IMG/VR virus record: IMGVR_UViG_3300010413_000010
Coordinates: 34,635-98,634 of that record
DNA: 64,000 nucleotides
Source of the DNA: a virus
Reading direction: 5' to 3' (one strand)
Part shown: positions 10,501-20,077 of the stretch, one piece after another
Numbering within the stretch: position 1 is the first letter of the stretch
Layout: every line of letters begins with the position of its first letter
Made by a program: the position numbers and the translations under genes
The notes under the pieces: generated by a model
Database searches by the model: none
Seen by the model: only the letters and a program-made list of their open reading frames with translations
Told to the model about the DNA's origin: nothing

Positions 10501-10923
10501 TCAGTTCAATGCTTCCTTAATCCCTTCTTCTAAATCAATTAACTTAGAACGTGCGTATCCGTAAATCCAGCAGAGAGCTTCGGTAAGGAAAGAGTCATAG
10601 TAGTCATGTTCTACTGCTGTAATCCGATATATTATTCGGTGTATAGCTACTTTTTTAGTATCAGGCCAAAGGACCACAAAGTCCAGTCCCTTATGTAACG
10701 CAAACCCAGCAAGTAAACAAAAAGCATAAGAAAGCTTTCTTTTAACTCCTGCTTTAGCTTCTGCACCGGCCATCGAACTTAAAACATGAGCGCCGACAAG
10801 AGCATCTACGGCTCTCATTACAATCTCATCGGGGTCAGGAGACGTTGATCCTCCCGCAGTGTTTTGGTGAAGCCATCTTTCATAAAGCTTTTCCTTCGGA
10901 AACTGAAGGCTTTTAATATCCAT
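10501..10923 (-). CDS. Hypothetical protein, paralogue of 10956-11375
   Basis: Shares the IYR...EAL..IYG.A....D.E.GI.E pattern with the neighbouring ORF. Confidence 0.7.
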   Translation of the reverse strand: MDIKSLQFPKEKLYERWLHQNTAGGSTSPDPDEIVMRAVDALVGAHVLSSMAGAEAKAGVKRKLSYAFCLLAGFALHKGLDFVVLWPDTKKVAIHRIIYRITAVEHDYYDSFLTEALCWIYGYARSKLIDLEEGIKEALN

Positions 10924-10955
10924 CTATTTTCCCTTTTAAAATAAGACCAAAGGTC

Positions 10956-11375
10956 TTATTTTTTAATCAGTTCCCGGATTCCGGCTTCTATATCTACTTT
11001 ACGCTTGATGGCAAACCCGTAAAGAAAGTTTAAGGCTTCGCCTATAAGATAGGCGTGATTTGCTTCATGTACTCCTGCGACCCTATAGATAACCTGTAGT
11101 ATTTCTACTTCTTTTCCGGTCAACCAGTTAACTTTATCACTGATTCCGTATTCTCGCTGGACACCTATTAAGAGGGCTACGGCCTGAGACAGCTCCCTGT
11201 ACAGCATCCGCTCTGAATGGTCGCTCTCTACAGAGGAGAGTATACTCACTTTTGTCAGCCGCATAATAACATCCATGAGTGTTTCGTTTATCATGGGTTT
11301 GTCATCACGGACAGTGGTGTAGTTTATACGCCACCAAGTATGAACTTTTTCATATGGAACATCTAGAGTATACAT
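10956..11375 (-). CDS. Hypothetical protein, paralogue of 10501-10923
   Basis: Start set at MYTLDV, overlapping the upstream stop. Confidence 0.7.
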   Translation of the reverse strand: MYTLDVPYEKVHTWWRINYTTVRDDKPMINETLMDVIMRLTKVSILSSVESDHSERMLYRELSQAVALLIGVQREYGISDKVNWLTGKEVEILQVIYRVAGVHEANHAYLIGEALNFLYGFAIKRKVDIEAGIRELIKK

Positions 11376-11554
11376 TATCCCACCTTCGGTATGTGAACTC
11401 TGCAGACACTGATCCACCGATCACAGCGTTGGCACTGCCTCTGCAGAGTTCCATGCTGACGGCCAATCCCGTCGACTTCATTAGGTTCTATTCTACCATA
11501 ATCATACTGATCGTAGGCATGGCCGAGTAGGGTACAGACTATTCTTTTTTTCAT
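11375..11554 (-). CDS. Small Cys/His phage protein
   Basis: C..LGH....C.RC pattern; coupled start/stop. Confidence 0.55.
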   Translation of the reverse strand: MKKRIVCTLLGHAYDQYDYGRIEPNEVDGIGRQHGTLQRQCQRCDRWISVCRVHIPKVG

Positions 11555-11727
11555 TCCTTCCCTTCGTAACACTTCGGTGGTGTTTCCCATAATGAAACAG
11601 GTGCGCCTTCTTCTCCCCACCACCTTCGTGCCGCTTGTTTTACTTGATCGGTGTAAGCCTCGGGGCACTTGCTGAACTTACTACACCCCGTGTGAGGGCA
11701 GAAGGTTGTATCTCTGAAACACATCAT
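11551..11727 (-). CDS. Small Cys-rich phage protein
   Basis: MMCFRDTTFC...C; ATGA coupling. Confidence 0.55.
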   Translation of the reverse strand: MMCFRDTTFCPHTGCSKFSKCPEAYTDQVKQAARRWWGEEGAPVSLWETPPKCYEGKE

Positions 11728-11906
11728 ATCTTTTCTTCGTCCTTGTTTGGGTTTGGATGAGGCGGGAACATCCATAGTTTTTCTTCTGGAATTTTACTTC
11801 GGCAATCTTCACAGTAGCAGGGGTAACCCACCTCGTCACCGAGGAACACACCACAGCGTTCGCAGAGTACACCGCGTAGAAGCATGTCAGCTATTTCACC
11901 CATCAA
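11724..11906 (-). CDS. Small zinc-finger phage protein
   Basis: MGEIADMLLRG, CxxC...CxxC. Confidence 0.6.
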   Translation of the reverse strand: MMGEIADMLLRGVLCERCGVFLGDEVGYPCYCEDCRSKIPEEKLWMFPPHPNPNKDEEKI

Positions 11907-12026
11907 CCCAGTCCTCAGCTAGTAGTGCGTAGCACTTCGGGCATTCGCCGTCGGAAGTCAGTTCAACACCTTCTCCGGTCCAGCCACACTCAGGGCACTC
12001 AAATAGTTCGTGTTCTCTGGCATCTT

Positions 12027-12377
12027 TCATTCCTCTTCCTTCCGAAAGATCACCCCGGTCTTCAGTTCATCGTCAACAATGACATTTGCTTTCTTATAGG
12101 TGATGTCTCTCACTTCTGGGTATCGGGTCTGAGCGGACCCAGTTGTTCTCATCAGTTGCTTATAGTCGGTGGCCCCGAACAGGACCATCTCTTCTCTAGG
12201 TCTTAGGGTAAGGAGCTTTGTTCTAAGAGATGCTCCACGGTTTCTTTTCAGCCTTTTCATCTCCGCATCATGTTCAACTTCGATAGCATCGAGATACTTT
12301 ATCAGTAATAAAGCATCTCTTTCATCTATCTTCATCGCACCGATAGCTTTCCTCATCAGCTTCCCAGCTTTACTCAT
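12027..12377 (-). CDS. Hypothetical protein
   Basis: Packed operon ORF with GGAGG RBS. Confidence 0.55.
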   Translation of the reverse strand: MSKAGKLMRKAIGAMKIDERDALLLIKYLDAIEVEHDAEMKRLKRNRGASLRTKLLTLRPREEMVLFGATDYKQLMRTTGSAQTRYPEVRDITYKKANVIVDDELKTGVIFRKEEE

Positions 12378-12762
12378 CTTCGCCCTCCGCATCACTTTCT
12401 TCGGTCTTTGGGCTTTCAATAAGGTTAATCTTCCGTCCACAATACGGACAGTATGTAAAGTCCCACTTTGTTTCAGGCATTATAGAGTCGGGTTTAAAGA
12501 GGCCGAAACCTCTTTTACCTGTTGTTCCAACACATCCGATATTGAAATTCAAATCAAAGACTCTTACCCAGTCACAGGCGCTTTCGTCTTTCTTTAGTGC
12601 ATGGAATTTCCCGTTCAGCTCCCGGAGAATCTTCTGGGCAATTCGATGGTTGAACTGATGACTATTGTCCATTAGTGGGTGCTGATCTCTCGTCACCATC
12701 GAAGACAGGTCTCCAAGAAGTTCTGGGATAGTCTTTTCTTTTAAGTTCTCACTCAACTTCAT
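12370..12762 (-). CDS. Hypothetical protein with C-terminal zinc ribbon
   Basis: FTYCPYCGRKI motif; GGAG RBS. Confidence 0.6.
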   Translation of the reverse strand: MKLSENLKEKTIPELLGDLSSMVTRDQHPLMDNSHQFNHRIAQKILRELNGKFHALKKDESACDWVRVFDLNFNIGCVGTTGKRGFGLFKPDSIMPETKWDFTYCPYCGRKINLIESPKTEESDAEGEDE

Positions 12763-12817
12763 TATCTCCTTGAACCGAATCGGTACAAAACACATGCTTT
12801 GTACCCAAAAGGTTCAA

Positions 12818-13117
12818 TTACACTACCGGCATCGGAGTTGGGTAGCGCCAGTAGGAATACACTTGATGTTCACCGGTCGGCCACACATCACAAACCCACT
12901 GATTGTGCATCTCCGGGATACAGACTTCCGTGGTCGTCCCTCTGGGAGGCCGAGCTTTCTTAGTTTTGATCCACCCATTCTCGTCCATGTAGTGTACCGA
13001 TAGAATCGCCTTATAGTGCTCTTTCCAGAGAGGGTCTTCTTCCAACACTGGGGTTTCGTGGTGCTTTTTACAAATCCGTAAGTAATCGTCGCGGTATACG
13101 CTAAATGGTTTTTTCAT
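12818..13117 (-). CDS. Hypothetical protein (DUF551-like C-terminus)
   Basis: NGWIK...PP....V..W...P.P pattern. Confidence 0.5.
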   Translation of the reverse strand: MKKPFSVYRDDYLRICKKHHETPVLEEDPLWKEHYKAILSVHYMDENGWIKTKKARPPRGTTTEVCIPEMHNQWVCDVWPTGEHQVYSYWRYPTPMPVV

Positions 13118-13614
13118 CTTAGCTCCTGTTCGTCTCCGTATTCGTTATGGAATATCTCGAAAGCAGACTTCTGTAAATATTCTTCCAAGGTATATGTATT
13201 CTTGGGGATGTAAGGAGAAGGTATCTCGTTAAATGAAAAACCAATCGTTGGCTCATAAACACGTCCTTCTATAATAGCACACATATGATAGCGCTTAGTT
13301 TCCGTGTTGTAAAGAATTTGGAGATACCCTTCATAATGGAATTGTTCCACAGCAATCCAGAGAAGGAGTGCAGACATATCCTCACAATCCCCGGTTCGCA
13401 GAGTTAAAGTTTCTACGGGGTCTTGCCATTCATCATCCGGTTTTAAATCCCAGTCGCTGCTTCCGATGTCCGAGACGTACTCAACGTTTTCGTAAATCCA
13501 GATATTTGCTTCGATAATCGAATCGAACTCAGGCATAATTACGAAGCCTAAATAAGGGTGACACCCTACATGCAGACCTATCGATAACACGGTAAGTAAT
13601 AACAGTTTTTTCAT
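13114..13614 (-). CDS. Transglutaminase-like cysteine protease lipoprotein
   Basis: Lipobox-like HVGC; WQDPVETL..GDCED nucleophile motif with a downstream His. Confidence 0.7.
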   Translation of the reverse strand: MKKLLLLTVLSIGLHVGCHPYLGFVIMPEFDSIIEANIWIYENVEYVSDIGSSDWDLKPDDEWQDPVETLTLRTGDCEDMSALLLWIAVEQFHYEGYLQILYNTETKRYHMCAIIEGRVYEPTIGFSFNEIPSPYIPKNTYTLEEYLQKSAFEIFHNEYGDEQELR

Positions 13615-13678
13615 ATTTACCTCATACGATTTTGTCTTACTGTCAGTCTAACACAGCACGTCGCAATTTACAGCAAAT

Positions 13679-13843
13679 TTATCCTTGGCTACACATTGGA
13701 CAGCTATGCTGCCAACTCCCGTCCCGGCCCTTAAAAGCCTTCCATCCTTCAATCTTCGCTTTATCTTTCACGATAAAGAGAGGTCCTTCATACTTCGTCT
13801 CTACCTTCTTACATACATCACAGAAATATACAGTGGAGACCAT
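13679..13843 (-). CDS. 54-aa zinc-ribbon protein (absent from the ORF track)
   Basis: Manual translation MVSTVYFCDVCKK...HSCPMCSQG; TAATG coupling. Confidence 0.6.
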   Translation of the reverse strand: MVSTVYFCDVCKKVETKYEGPLFIVKDKAKIEGWKAFKGRDGSWQHSCPMCSQG

Positions 13844-14097
13844 TACGAGGCCTCCTTCATGAAGCCCCAGTCATGGGCTTTTAAGAGAGCGTCTACTTGC
13901 TCTTCTAATGAAGCAGCCGTAGTCTTGTGCAGTTCTGTGAGCTCATCGATCTTGGCCTTGGCCTCCTCCAGGCTCTTAACCCCACGGGCTTCGAGCTGGT
14001 TCATAAGGCCTTGGAGCTCACCTTCAAATCTCGCCTTTGCCTCTCTGGACTGGGCGATCTCTTCTTTCATCTTGAGGAGTTTTTCTTCAGTAGTCAT
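13843..14097 (-). CDS. Small coiled-coil protein
   Basis: Heptad-rich 84 aa; TAATG coupling. Confidence 0.65.
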   Translation of the reverse strand: MTTEEKLLKMKEEIAQSREAKARFEGELQGLMNQLEARGVKSLEEAKAKIDELTELHKTTAASLEEQVDALLKAHDWGFMKEAS

Positions 14098-14408
14098 TAA
14101 GCGATCCCCCGCTGCACTTTACGCGCCTGTAAAGCCCGTTTGTTCTTGGCTCGGCGTTTAGCGATCTTCTTCGCCTTCATCACCTCTTTACCGAGATCAA
14201 CGTTCTTGGACTTCATCGCCGCTCTTCTTTGAGCGCGATTAGTACCATCTGCAGAGGGGTAGCCGGTGACTCCTTTTCCCTCAAGGATTTTCCGCTCTCT
14301 CTTTGTGATCTTGCATCCTCGTGCCTGACGGCTCAGGATGACACTCTTCAATTCGTCTGTGTTACTCAATTTTCTGACTCCTTTGGGAGTCAGTCGCTCG
14401 GGATACAT
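14097..14408 (-). CDS. Highly basic small protein
   Basis: K/R-rich 103 aa with NRAQRRA; first gene after a promoter. Confidence 0.55.
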   Translation of the reverse strand: MYPERLTPKGVRKLSNTDELKSVILSRQARGCKITKRERKILEGKGVTGYPSADGTNRAQRRAAMKSKNVDLGKEVMKAKKIAKRRAKNKRALQARKVQRGIA

Positions 14409-14518
14409 TATGACCAGTATCTATTGCGGGAAGACTCCCTTAAACACTGGTAAATGTATTGAGCTTAGTTCTTTTTCGGTAGGTATTGCCTAAGCTATTT
14501 GTATTAACGTTCAGAGAT

Positions 14519-14547
14519 ATTTTATCATGGAAACCCCAAAATGTCAA
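14519..14547 (-). promoter_or_regulatory. Sigma70-type promoter
   Basis: TTGACA-17-TAAAAT on the minus strand. Confidence 0.75.
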
Positions 14548-14635
14548 CTATCTCCACTCTAAAAATCCCCTTGTAACATTTTATTTTTAAAGTAACTTTG
14601 ATTTTGTTACAGTGAAATATTTATGTTACATTGCC

Positions 14636-14878
14636 CTATTGTACCCACTCTCTGAACACATCAATGTTCATAGGGCCGGTTTTTCTATCGACTTCTTTCC
14701 CGCCAATAATCTTCACAAAGGTCGGAACGGTTCTTACACCGAACTCTTCCATCATAGCCACGTTGTCCTCTGCATCGATGTAGTGGATAACATGACCTTC
14801 TTCTCGCAGCTTCTCGACTACGAGCTTCATCATTTTACAGGGGTTGCACCACTTGGCCCCAAAGAAATTTATGTGCAT
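14636..14878 (-). CDS. Thioredoxin
   Basis: WCNPC active site and cis-Pro motif VPT. Confidence 0.85.
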   Translation of the reverse strand: MHINFFGAKWCNPCKMMKLVVEKLREEGHVIHYIDAEDNVAMMEEFGVRTVPTFVKIIGGKEVDRKTGPMNIDVFREWVQ

Positions 14879-15865
14879 TTATGCGCTCCATTTTAGTAGG
14901 TTCTTGTTCTGTTCATACTTAGCGACACTGTTCTGAATGCGAACTTGGTTTTTCAGCCGCTTTTTTAGAAAATCTAACAACTCCATGTTTTTAAAGAAGC
15001 CGGGTTGGTTACACCAGGCGGCAATATCTTTGTAGAAATCTATGTGTTCACTTTCCCAGCAGGAAATATCACGCATGACATAGGGGAGGATTTTCCGGTC
15101 CCGGAGGAATTCAATACGTTGTACAGTATCTGATAATGGCATCGCCGGATTGATGTAGACGAAAAACTTTAACCCCCATGGCTTACACCAGGTGAGAAGT
15201 TCCAATTGCTTTTCGATGAGATTTCTATACTTCCAGTCGTCAAACGCAAACACGTATTCACGAGTGTATCGTATTTGCGATAGAAGAAGAGAATTCTCTT
15301 CATCAAGAAGACGTATGTCCAGCCCTTGATTGAATTCGCACCTTATCTTCGCATCGATGATTTCTTGGAGGATCGCTTTGTGATCTGGGTAAGCAAGGAT
15401 GTTATTGTCAAGGAACTGTACTACCTTGTGTCGGACGATCTCCTGGAGGCTCTTATCTCTTCGTATCATTCCTTCTTTTTGCGGAACAACACAGAAGCTA
15501 CAATTACGGATGCACCCCCGAGTAAGAAACCCATAAGAGGTGTCATTGTCAGGGTACAGTGAATAATCTGGCTCCAGATCATCGATCTCTTGTGGTAACA
15601 CTTTTGTTAGAGAGTATCCGGTGCCGCCGAACTCGATACTGTCACCTTCGATGTAGTTAATTGACTTGTTATAGACAACTGAGCAATACACCTGGTCGTA
15701 CTTCTCCGTGGGGATGTGTTTGATTTCTTTTCTTCTATGTGGAGAGTAGGGGATTTTCAGTTCTAATAGTTCTACTGTATCCCCTTTACTCTTATGGTAA
15801 GTCGCCAATTTCATCAATGCTAAATTCGGAATAACCGAATCTGCATCGACAAGGAGAATACGCAT
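14879..15865 (-). CDS. Radical SAM protein
   Basis: TRGCIRNCSFC (CX3CX2C), PNLALMKL, FLDNN, FNQGLD. Confidence 0.85.
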   Translation of the reverse strand: MRILLVDADSVIPNLALMKLATYHKSKGDTVELLELKIPYSPHRRKEIKHIPTEKYDQVYCSVVYNKSINYIEGDSIEFGGTGYSLTKVLPQEIDDLEPDYSLYPDNDTSYGFLTRGCIRNCSFCVVPQKEGMIRRDKSLQEIVRHKVVQFLDNNILAYPDHKAILQEIIDAKIRCEFNQGLDIRLLDEENSLLLSQIRYTREYVFAFDDWKYRNLIEKQLELLTWCKPWGLKFFVYINPAMPLSDTVQRIEFLRDRKILPYVMRDISCWESEHIDFYKDIAAWCNQPGFFKNMELLDFLKKRLKNQVRIQNSVAKYEQNKNLLKWSA

Positions 15866-15874
15866 TCTGCCCCC

Positions 15875-16078
15875 TCACTTTATCACCGGTGGTTCAATGT
15901 CCCAGGTTTGCCACTGGGTTACATCCCCCAATTGGATCGTATCTGGAAAGTTTTTCTGTGTAATTTGTATTGCGTATTTGTCAATTTCGGAAGCATAGTA
16001 TTTTGTAACTGGAATACCCGCCCGTTGGAGTGCCACCTGACCAGCGGATATCCCGTCAAATAGACTGAGTACTATCAT
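15875..16078 (-). pseudogene. Truncated C5-cytosine DNA methyltransferase
   Basis: VLSLFDGI, ASEID and GDV (motifs I-III), then a stop before the catalytic PC motif; no continuation in other frames. Confidence 0.75.
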
Positions 16079-16088
16079 TTCTTTTCCT

Positions 16089-16328
16089 TTATAATTCGTC
16101 GCAGTAGATCGGAGTTCGTTCCCCGTAGTAGGCTCCGGCGATGTTGTAGTCGAAGTAGTCAATCGCGTTATCAATCCCCATGTCTTTCTCAAGCTGGGAG
16201 ATTATTCTGTTGGAGGAGTAGATGAGCCTTTCATTTTGTATATCAACACCAATGATGGCATCGTCGCGCCCAGTAAGAAAAACGAAAGGAATTCCAGGGT
16301 AACGGTCTTTTACATCTTGGATTGTCAT
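16089..16328 (-). CDS. Conserved phage hypothetical protein
   Basis: DDAIIG...AIDYFDYNIAGAY.GERTP motif. Confidence 0.65.
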   Translation of the reverse strand: MTIQDVKDRYPGIPFVFLTGRDDAIIGVDIQNERLIYSSNRIISQLEKDMGIDNAIDYFDYNIAGAYYGERTPIYCDEL

Positions 16329-17488
16329 TAGGTTACCTCACACCCCCCGCCACCACAGGCAGCTTCGGCTTGGAGACTGGTTGTATCTGCATCTTCAATC
16401 ACTTGGGTGAGATCAATCTGTTTAAGAACCTCGACGCGTTTTTCGAACTCTTCCTTAGAAATATCTTCAAAAGGAGCCTGAGTGTATGTCCCGCCATCAT
16501 AAGGAAGAACAGAAATAGCAGTGAAGTCTTCCCGGTTATCCCACATCCACTCCGCTACTTCAGCCCACTCGTCAGGCCGAACACTGATTGTGCAGGAGAC
16601 GTTATTCCGGTTGTCACCTTCTACATGACCGGGCTTCACCCACTCCACGTTGAAACGCCGTACCCGGCGTAAGGTGCCCAAAGCGGTCTCAGTTCTCAGA
16701 ACGGCATGATCAGGAGCCTTCTGAGGTACAGTGATGACGGCCATAGTCTCCGGCCGAAACTTCTCATCCTCGACGAGCTCAGGGTGGAGGAGAGATAAGT
16801 AGCTGTAGATAGCTTCGTTCTTCCCGACCCGGATACGTCTGAGATAGTAATCATTGTGCCAAGCATGGACCCCGGAGGAGGTTCCACATACCAACGAAGC
16901 AGTTCCTTCGGGCTTGATCGCTGTAGTTCTGGCAGCAGGATTGATGCCAATAGCATGAGCAGTAAGGGTGTTCATATCCTTTACTTCTTTTGCAACCGTA
17001 GCCAGGTCAAGGTTGTCTACCCGGCCGGAGGCGATGCCAGTCATGGATACGCCGATGAGGGCTTCCTCTTCTGTTGTCTCCTTCCACTTGGCTCCAAGAT
17101 AATGGAAGTCAGTGTAGGATGCTTGAAGGGTCGCAATGAAGGATGCAGCCCGAGCTCGTTTATTGAGATCGTCCTGATCCTCAACATCGGAAGCATTGAT
17201 GGTTACGAGATTGCAAAATTGATGGCTACGGAGAGAAATTTCCCCGCACGGATTAAGCCCCCAGTCCGTGTTGTCAGTGAACATCACACCAGGCTCTCCA
17301 GCACCAGAGGCTTTCACACGATCCCAGACTTTAAGGAATTCTTCCTGGGTGATCTTATTTCTCTCCATCACAACGGTGTTGTTAGCTCGTCCACGGTGGG
17401 AGTGGAGTTCCCACCAGTTGCCGGACTTACAGGTCAACATCTCGTAATCGTCGAGAGAGAAGAGGGAGATCATTGCTGCTCTACGAAT
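16328..17488 (-). CDS. nrdJ: Class II ribonucleotide reductase, exon 2
   Basis: IRRAAMISLFS, GLNPCGEI, FCNL, KPEGT and C-terminal ACGGGGCEV; no beta-subunit gene in the window. Confidence 0.9.
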   Translation of the reverse strand: MRRAAMISLFSLDDYEMLTCKSGNWWELHSHRGRANNTVVMERNKITQEEFLKVWDRVKASGAGEPGVMFTDNTDWGLNPCGEISLRSHQFCNLVTINASDVEDQDDLNKRARAASFIATLQASYTDFHYLGAKWKETTEEEALIGVSMTGIASGRVDNLDLATVAKEVKDMNTLTAHAIGINPAARTTAIKPEGTASLVCGTSSGVHAWHNDYYLRRIRVGKNEAIYSYLSLLHPELVEDEKFRPETMAVITVPQKAPDHAVLRTETALGTLRRVRRFNVEWVKPGHVEGDNRNNVSCTISVRPDEWAEVAEWMWDNREDFTAISVLPYDGGTYTQAPFEDISKEEFEKRVEVLKQIDLTQVIEDADTTSLQAEAACGGGGCEVT

Positions 17489-18442
17489 CGTTTACCCCTA
17501 CGTTTCCATAGGGAACGGACTATCTCTTAACTCTTCTGAGCCTCGGATTTCTTGGAGAGGTTATTGTGTCGTCTACTCACTCTCTAGTCTCTGAACCTTC
17601 CTGTTACTTTTATGACGTTCACAGGAGTGGTAACGGATTGCCATATCGTTAGACTTAGGTTTCCCGTTTTAACCCGATTAGGTGGCCTTCGTAGTTTAGG
17701 CAGCAGGTTGGAGAGCGGCTTTGTATTCGTTCAGAAACATCGACGCTTTCCTTTGTTTTCTATGATTGAATAATACAGAAGGCTCGGCATAGAGCCATTC
17801 GACAAACGCAGCAACCCGCGCCATGTTACCAAACTTCAAGTCGTAACAGGCTTCATCCCTACGAGGGCGCACGGTCGTAGCAATGTTTAGCTCCTCTTCC
17901 ATAATCCTTTGTATAGAGGATAAGAACTCGAAGCTGCTGTGGGTGAATCCAATATTTGCCCAAAGCCGGTCCCGGTCTTTCCGGTGCCCATAACTTATAT
18001 GACCGTCCGCATCGAAGAACCCACGGAGATAATGCCTCATCAGGTTCCGGGGGATATTCACAATCCTTCGGTCGTTTTTCAAACCCAACACACCATACTT
18101 ATTGAAAAGAGGGGAAAATTTAGAACTAAAGGCTAGTGTTGCAGTTTTTTTCTCCGTCTTAATGTTGTACTTCTTGTTGATCGTTACTTTATAATTAACT
18201 GCTGTGTCGGGGCAGTATAAGCGCTGAAACATTTCAATAAGATATGTATCCACAGAACTCACACTGAGACGGGCTTTGCGTTTATGAGTAGGTTGATTAA
18301 AAATACCATCCCCGGCTAAGTAGCCGATGAGGTAGGCAGACTCTGGGTCGAGTTTGTCGAAAATATTCAATCTGTATTTCTTTGCATTTATAAGATACTC
18401 TTTCATTTCTGATTTTCTCCTGTATTATGTTATTTAGAGCTG
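17489..18442 (-). mobile_element. Group I intron in nrdJ
   Basis: 5' exon ends in U and the intron ends in G; R (UCAGAGACUA) and S (AAGAGAUAGUCC) elements; IGS 17681-17694 forms P1 and P10; splicing restores AVLAGG-IRRAAM. Confidence 0.93.
17696..18406 (-). CDS. Intron-encoded double-motif LAGLIDADG homing endonuclease
   Basis: LIGYLAGDG and LRGFFDADG motifs; own GGAG RBS. Confidence 0.9.
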   Translation of the reverse strand: MKEYLINAKKYRLNIFDKLDPESAYLIGYLAGDGIFNQPTHKRKARLSVSSVDTYLIEMFQRLYCPDTAVNYKVTINKKYNIKTEKKTATLAFSSKFSPLFNKYGVLGLKNDRRIVNIPRNLMRHYLRGFFDADGHISYGHRKDRDRLWANIGFTHSSFEFLSSIQRIMEEELNIATTVRPRRDEACYDLKFGNMARVAAFVEWLYAEPSVLFNHRKQRKASMFLNEYKAALQPAA

Positions 18443-19165
18443 ACCACCAGCTAAGACGGCATCTGCCAGATGGCACTGGATGTCGTGGACCTCGATGGGT
18501 TTAAGTTTCGTTCCAGAACCTCGCTCCTGAAGGGCCGTCTCGAAAACATTTTTAACCTGAACTAAAGCTTCCCTGAGAGGTTCGGGGCCGGGTGCTTTCC
18601 CTCCCGAGGTTATGAGCTCGGCACCTTTCGGCCGGATAGATCGAAAATCGAAATCGATTTCATTCTTTCCATAAAAGTAGGATTCTACCAGGACACGAAT
18701 AGCTTCGGCCCAGCCTTCAATGGAATCCGGGATGAGGTAACGCTTTCGTCGATTTTTGTTCACACCTTGAACAGTAGGCAGGGCTGCTACATGCTGCCGC
18801 TGTACCGAGTACCCAACGCCGGTTCCAGATAAAAGGAGGAACATCGTCTCCCAAAACACACTGGGGTCATCCGCGTTTCGGAATGAACAGTTATATAACC
18901 GCACAGGGTTAACCTCGATGGCCTGTCCAGCGAACTGGATCGATCTCATAGAAGGGAGGATTTTCTTTGGTCGGACATAGACCTCATAGGCCAAGTCGAT
19001 TTCGTTTTCAAGTTTCGGGAATCGTTTCAAGTGCATCGCCTTGTTGCGATCCACGATTTCATCCCAGGTCTCTCGTCTTTTTTTAATTGGCAGGTATCGG
19101 GCATACTTCATGAATGCGGTTAAACCGCTGAGGATATCCCGAGCAAGCTGCTCCTGTGTAAGCAT
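18443..19165 (-). CDS. nrdJ: Class II ribonucleotide reductase, exon 1
   Basis: KYARY..RRETW, LPSMR, LYNC, GTGVG, DSIEGW; AGGAG RBS before MLTQEQ. Confidence 0.9.
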
Positions 19166-19305
19166 ATTAGCTCCTTGTGAGTAAAATTGTGTATGTGTTT
19201 CCGTGGAATTCCCCGGAACGGGGAGTAGAGGAAAGGCTTGTATTGTATCACGAACGGAGTTCCATCCGTGTCTCCCTGTTTTTTTGGGAAAGGAGAAAAG
19301 AGGGG

Positions 19306-19334
19306 TTGACACCCGCAACGTTACAGGTTATATT
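19306..19334 (+). promoter_or_regulatory. higBA promoter with a near-palindromic spacer
   Basis: TTGACA-17-TATATT; spacer contains gcaacgttac. Confidence 0.7.
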
Positions 19335-19366
19335 TACCTTATCGCTGCTGCGAATAAGGAGGCTTA

Positions 19367-19651
19367 ATGATTGGAAACTTCAGCCATAAAGGTCTGAAGG
19401 CTTTCTATGAAAACAGTTCAGTTAAGGGGGTCGCCCCGGAGCATGTAGGTCGGATTGATAGGATTTTATCGATCTTAGATTCCGCGACAAGCCTACATGA
19501 CATTCAAAGCTTCCAGAGTTTAGGGTGTCATAGATTGCAAAAGGGAGAACTGAGAGGTTTTTACGCTGTAAAAGTAACTGGGAGTTGGCGGATTGTCTTC
19601 CGGTTCGAACACGGGAAAGCCATCGACGTGGGGTACGTGCAGTACCACTGA
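19367..19651 (+). CDS. higB: HigB (RelE-family) toxin
   Basis: F.HKGL..F, HRL.KG....Y.V.V.G.WRIVFRF, C-terminal YH. Confidence 0.9.
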   Translation: MIGNFSHKGLKAFYENSSVKGVAPEHVGRIDRILSILDSATSLHDIQSFQSLGCHRLQKGELRGFYAVKVTGSWRIVFRFEHGKAIDVGYVQYH

Positions 19652-19743
19652 TCCGATTGGGAGAACGGCGCGATCCGGGGCTTCGGCCCCGGAGTTCTTA
19701 TCCCGACTGAACTCTATAAGTAAAACTAATTAGGGGGTAAAAC

Positions 19744-20052
19744 ATGGCTAGGAGGAAACCGGAGCATCCCGGTACTATTTTTAGGGAAGAGTTCCTTCAA
19801 CCGCTGAAGATAACCGTCACTTCAGCTGCCGAACAATTGGGAGTTACACGTAAGACTCTCAGTGAATTTCTGAATGAGAGGGCTGGCTGCTCTCCCGATA
19901 TGGCTGTGCGTGTTGGACAGGCTACTGGGACTTCACCCCAGATGTGGCTGAACATGCAAACAAATCTTGACCTTTGGGTCTCTAGTCAAAAAGAAATAAA
20001 TGTGATTCCTTTTGTACCGCATAATGAAAGTAGCATTATGTTAGAGGGATGA
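19744..20052 (+). CDS. higA: HigA antitoxin (XRE HTH)
   Basis: HPG..FREEFL.PL, A..LGV.R..LS, MA.R, WLNMQ...DL. Confidence 0.9.
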   Translation: MARRKPEHPGTIFREEFLQPLKITVTSAAEQLGVTRKTLSEFLNERAGCSPDMAVRVGQATGTSPQMWLNMQTNLDLWVSSQKEINVIPFVPHNESSIMLEG

Positions 20053-20077
20053 CCATCTCAGTGTGTGAAAGTTCCAA

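Noticed and set aside
19166-19300. Cobalamin riboswitch or NrdR boxes upstream of nrdJ
   Set aside because: No B12 box or convincing NrdR consensus; leader too short.
16328-19318. nrdJ as two genes, a pseudogene or an intein host
   Set aside because: An in-frame stop follows exon 1, and complete group I intron hallmarks explain the split.
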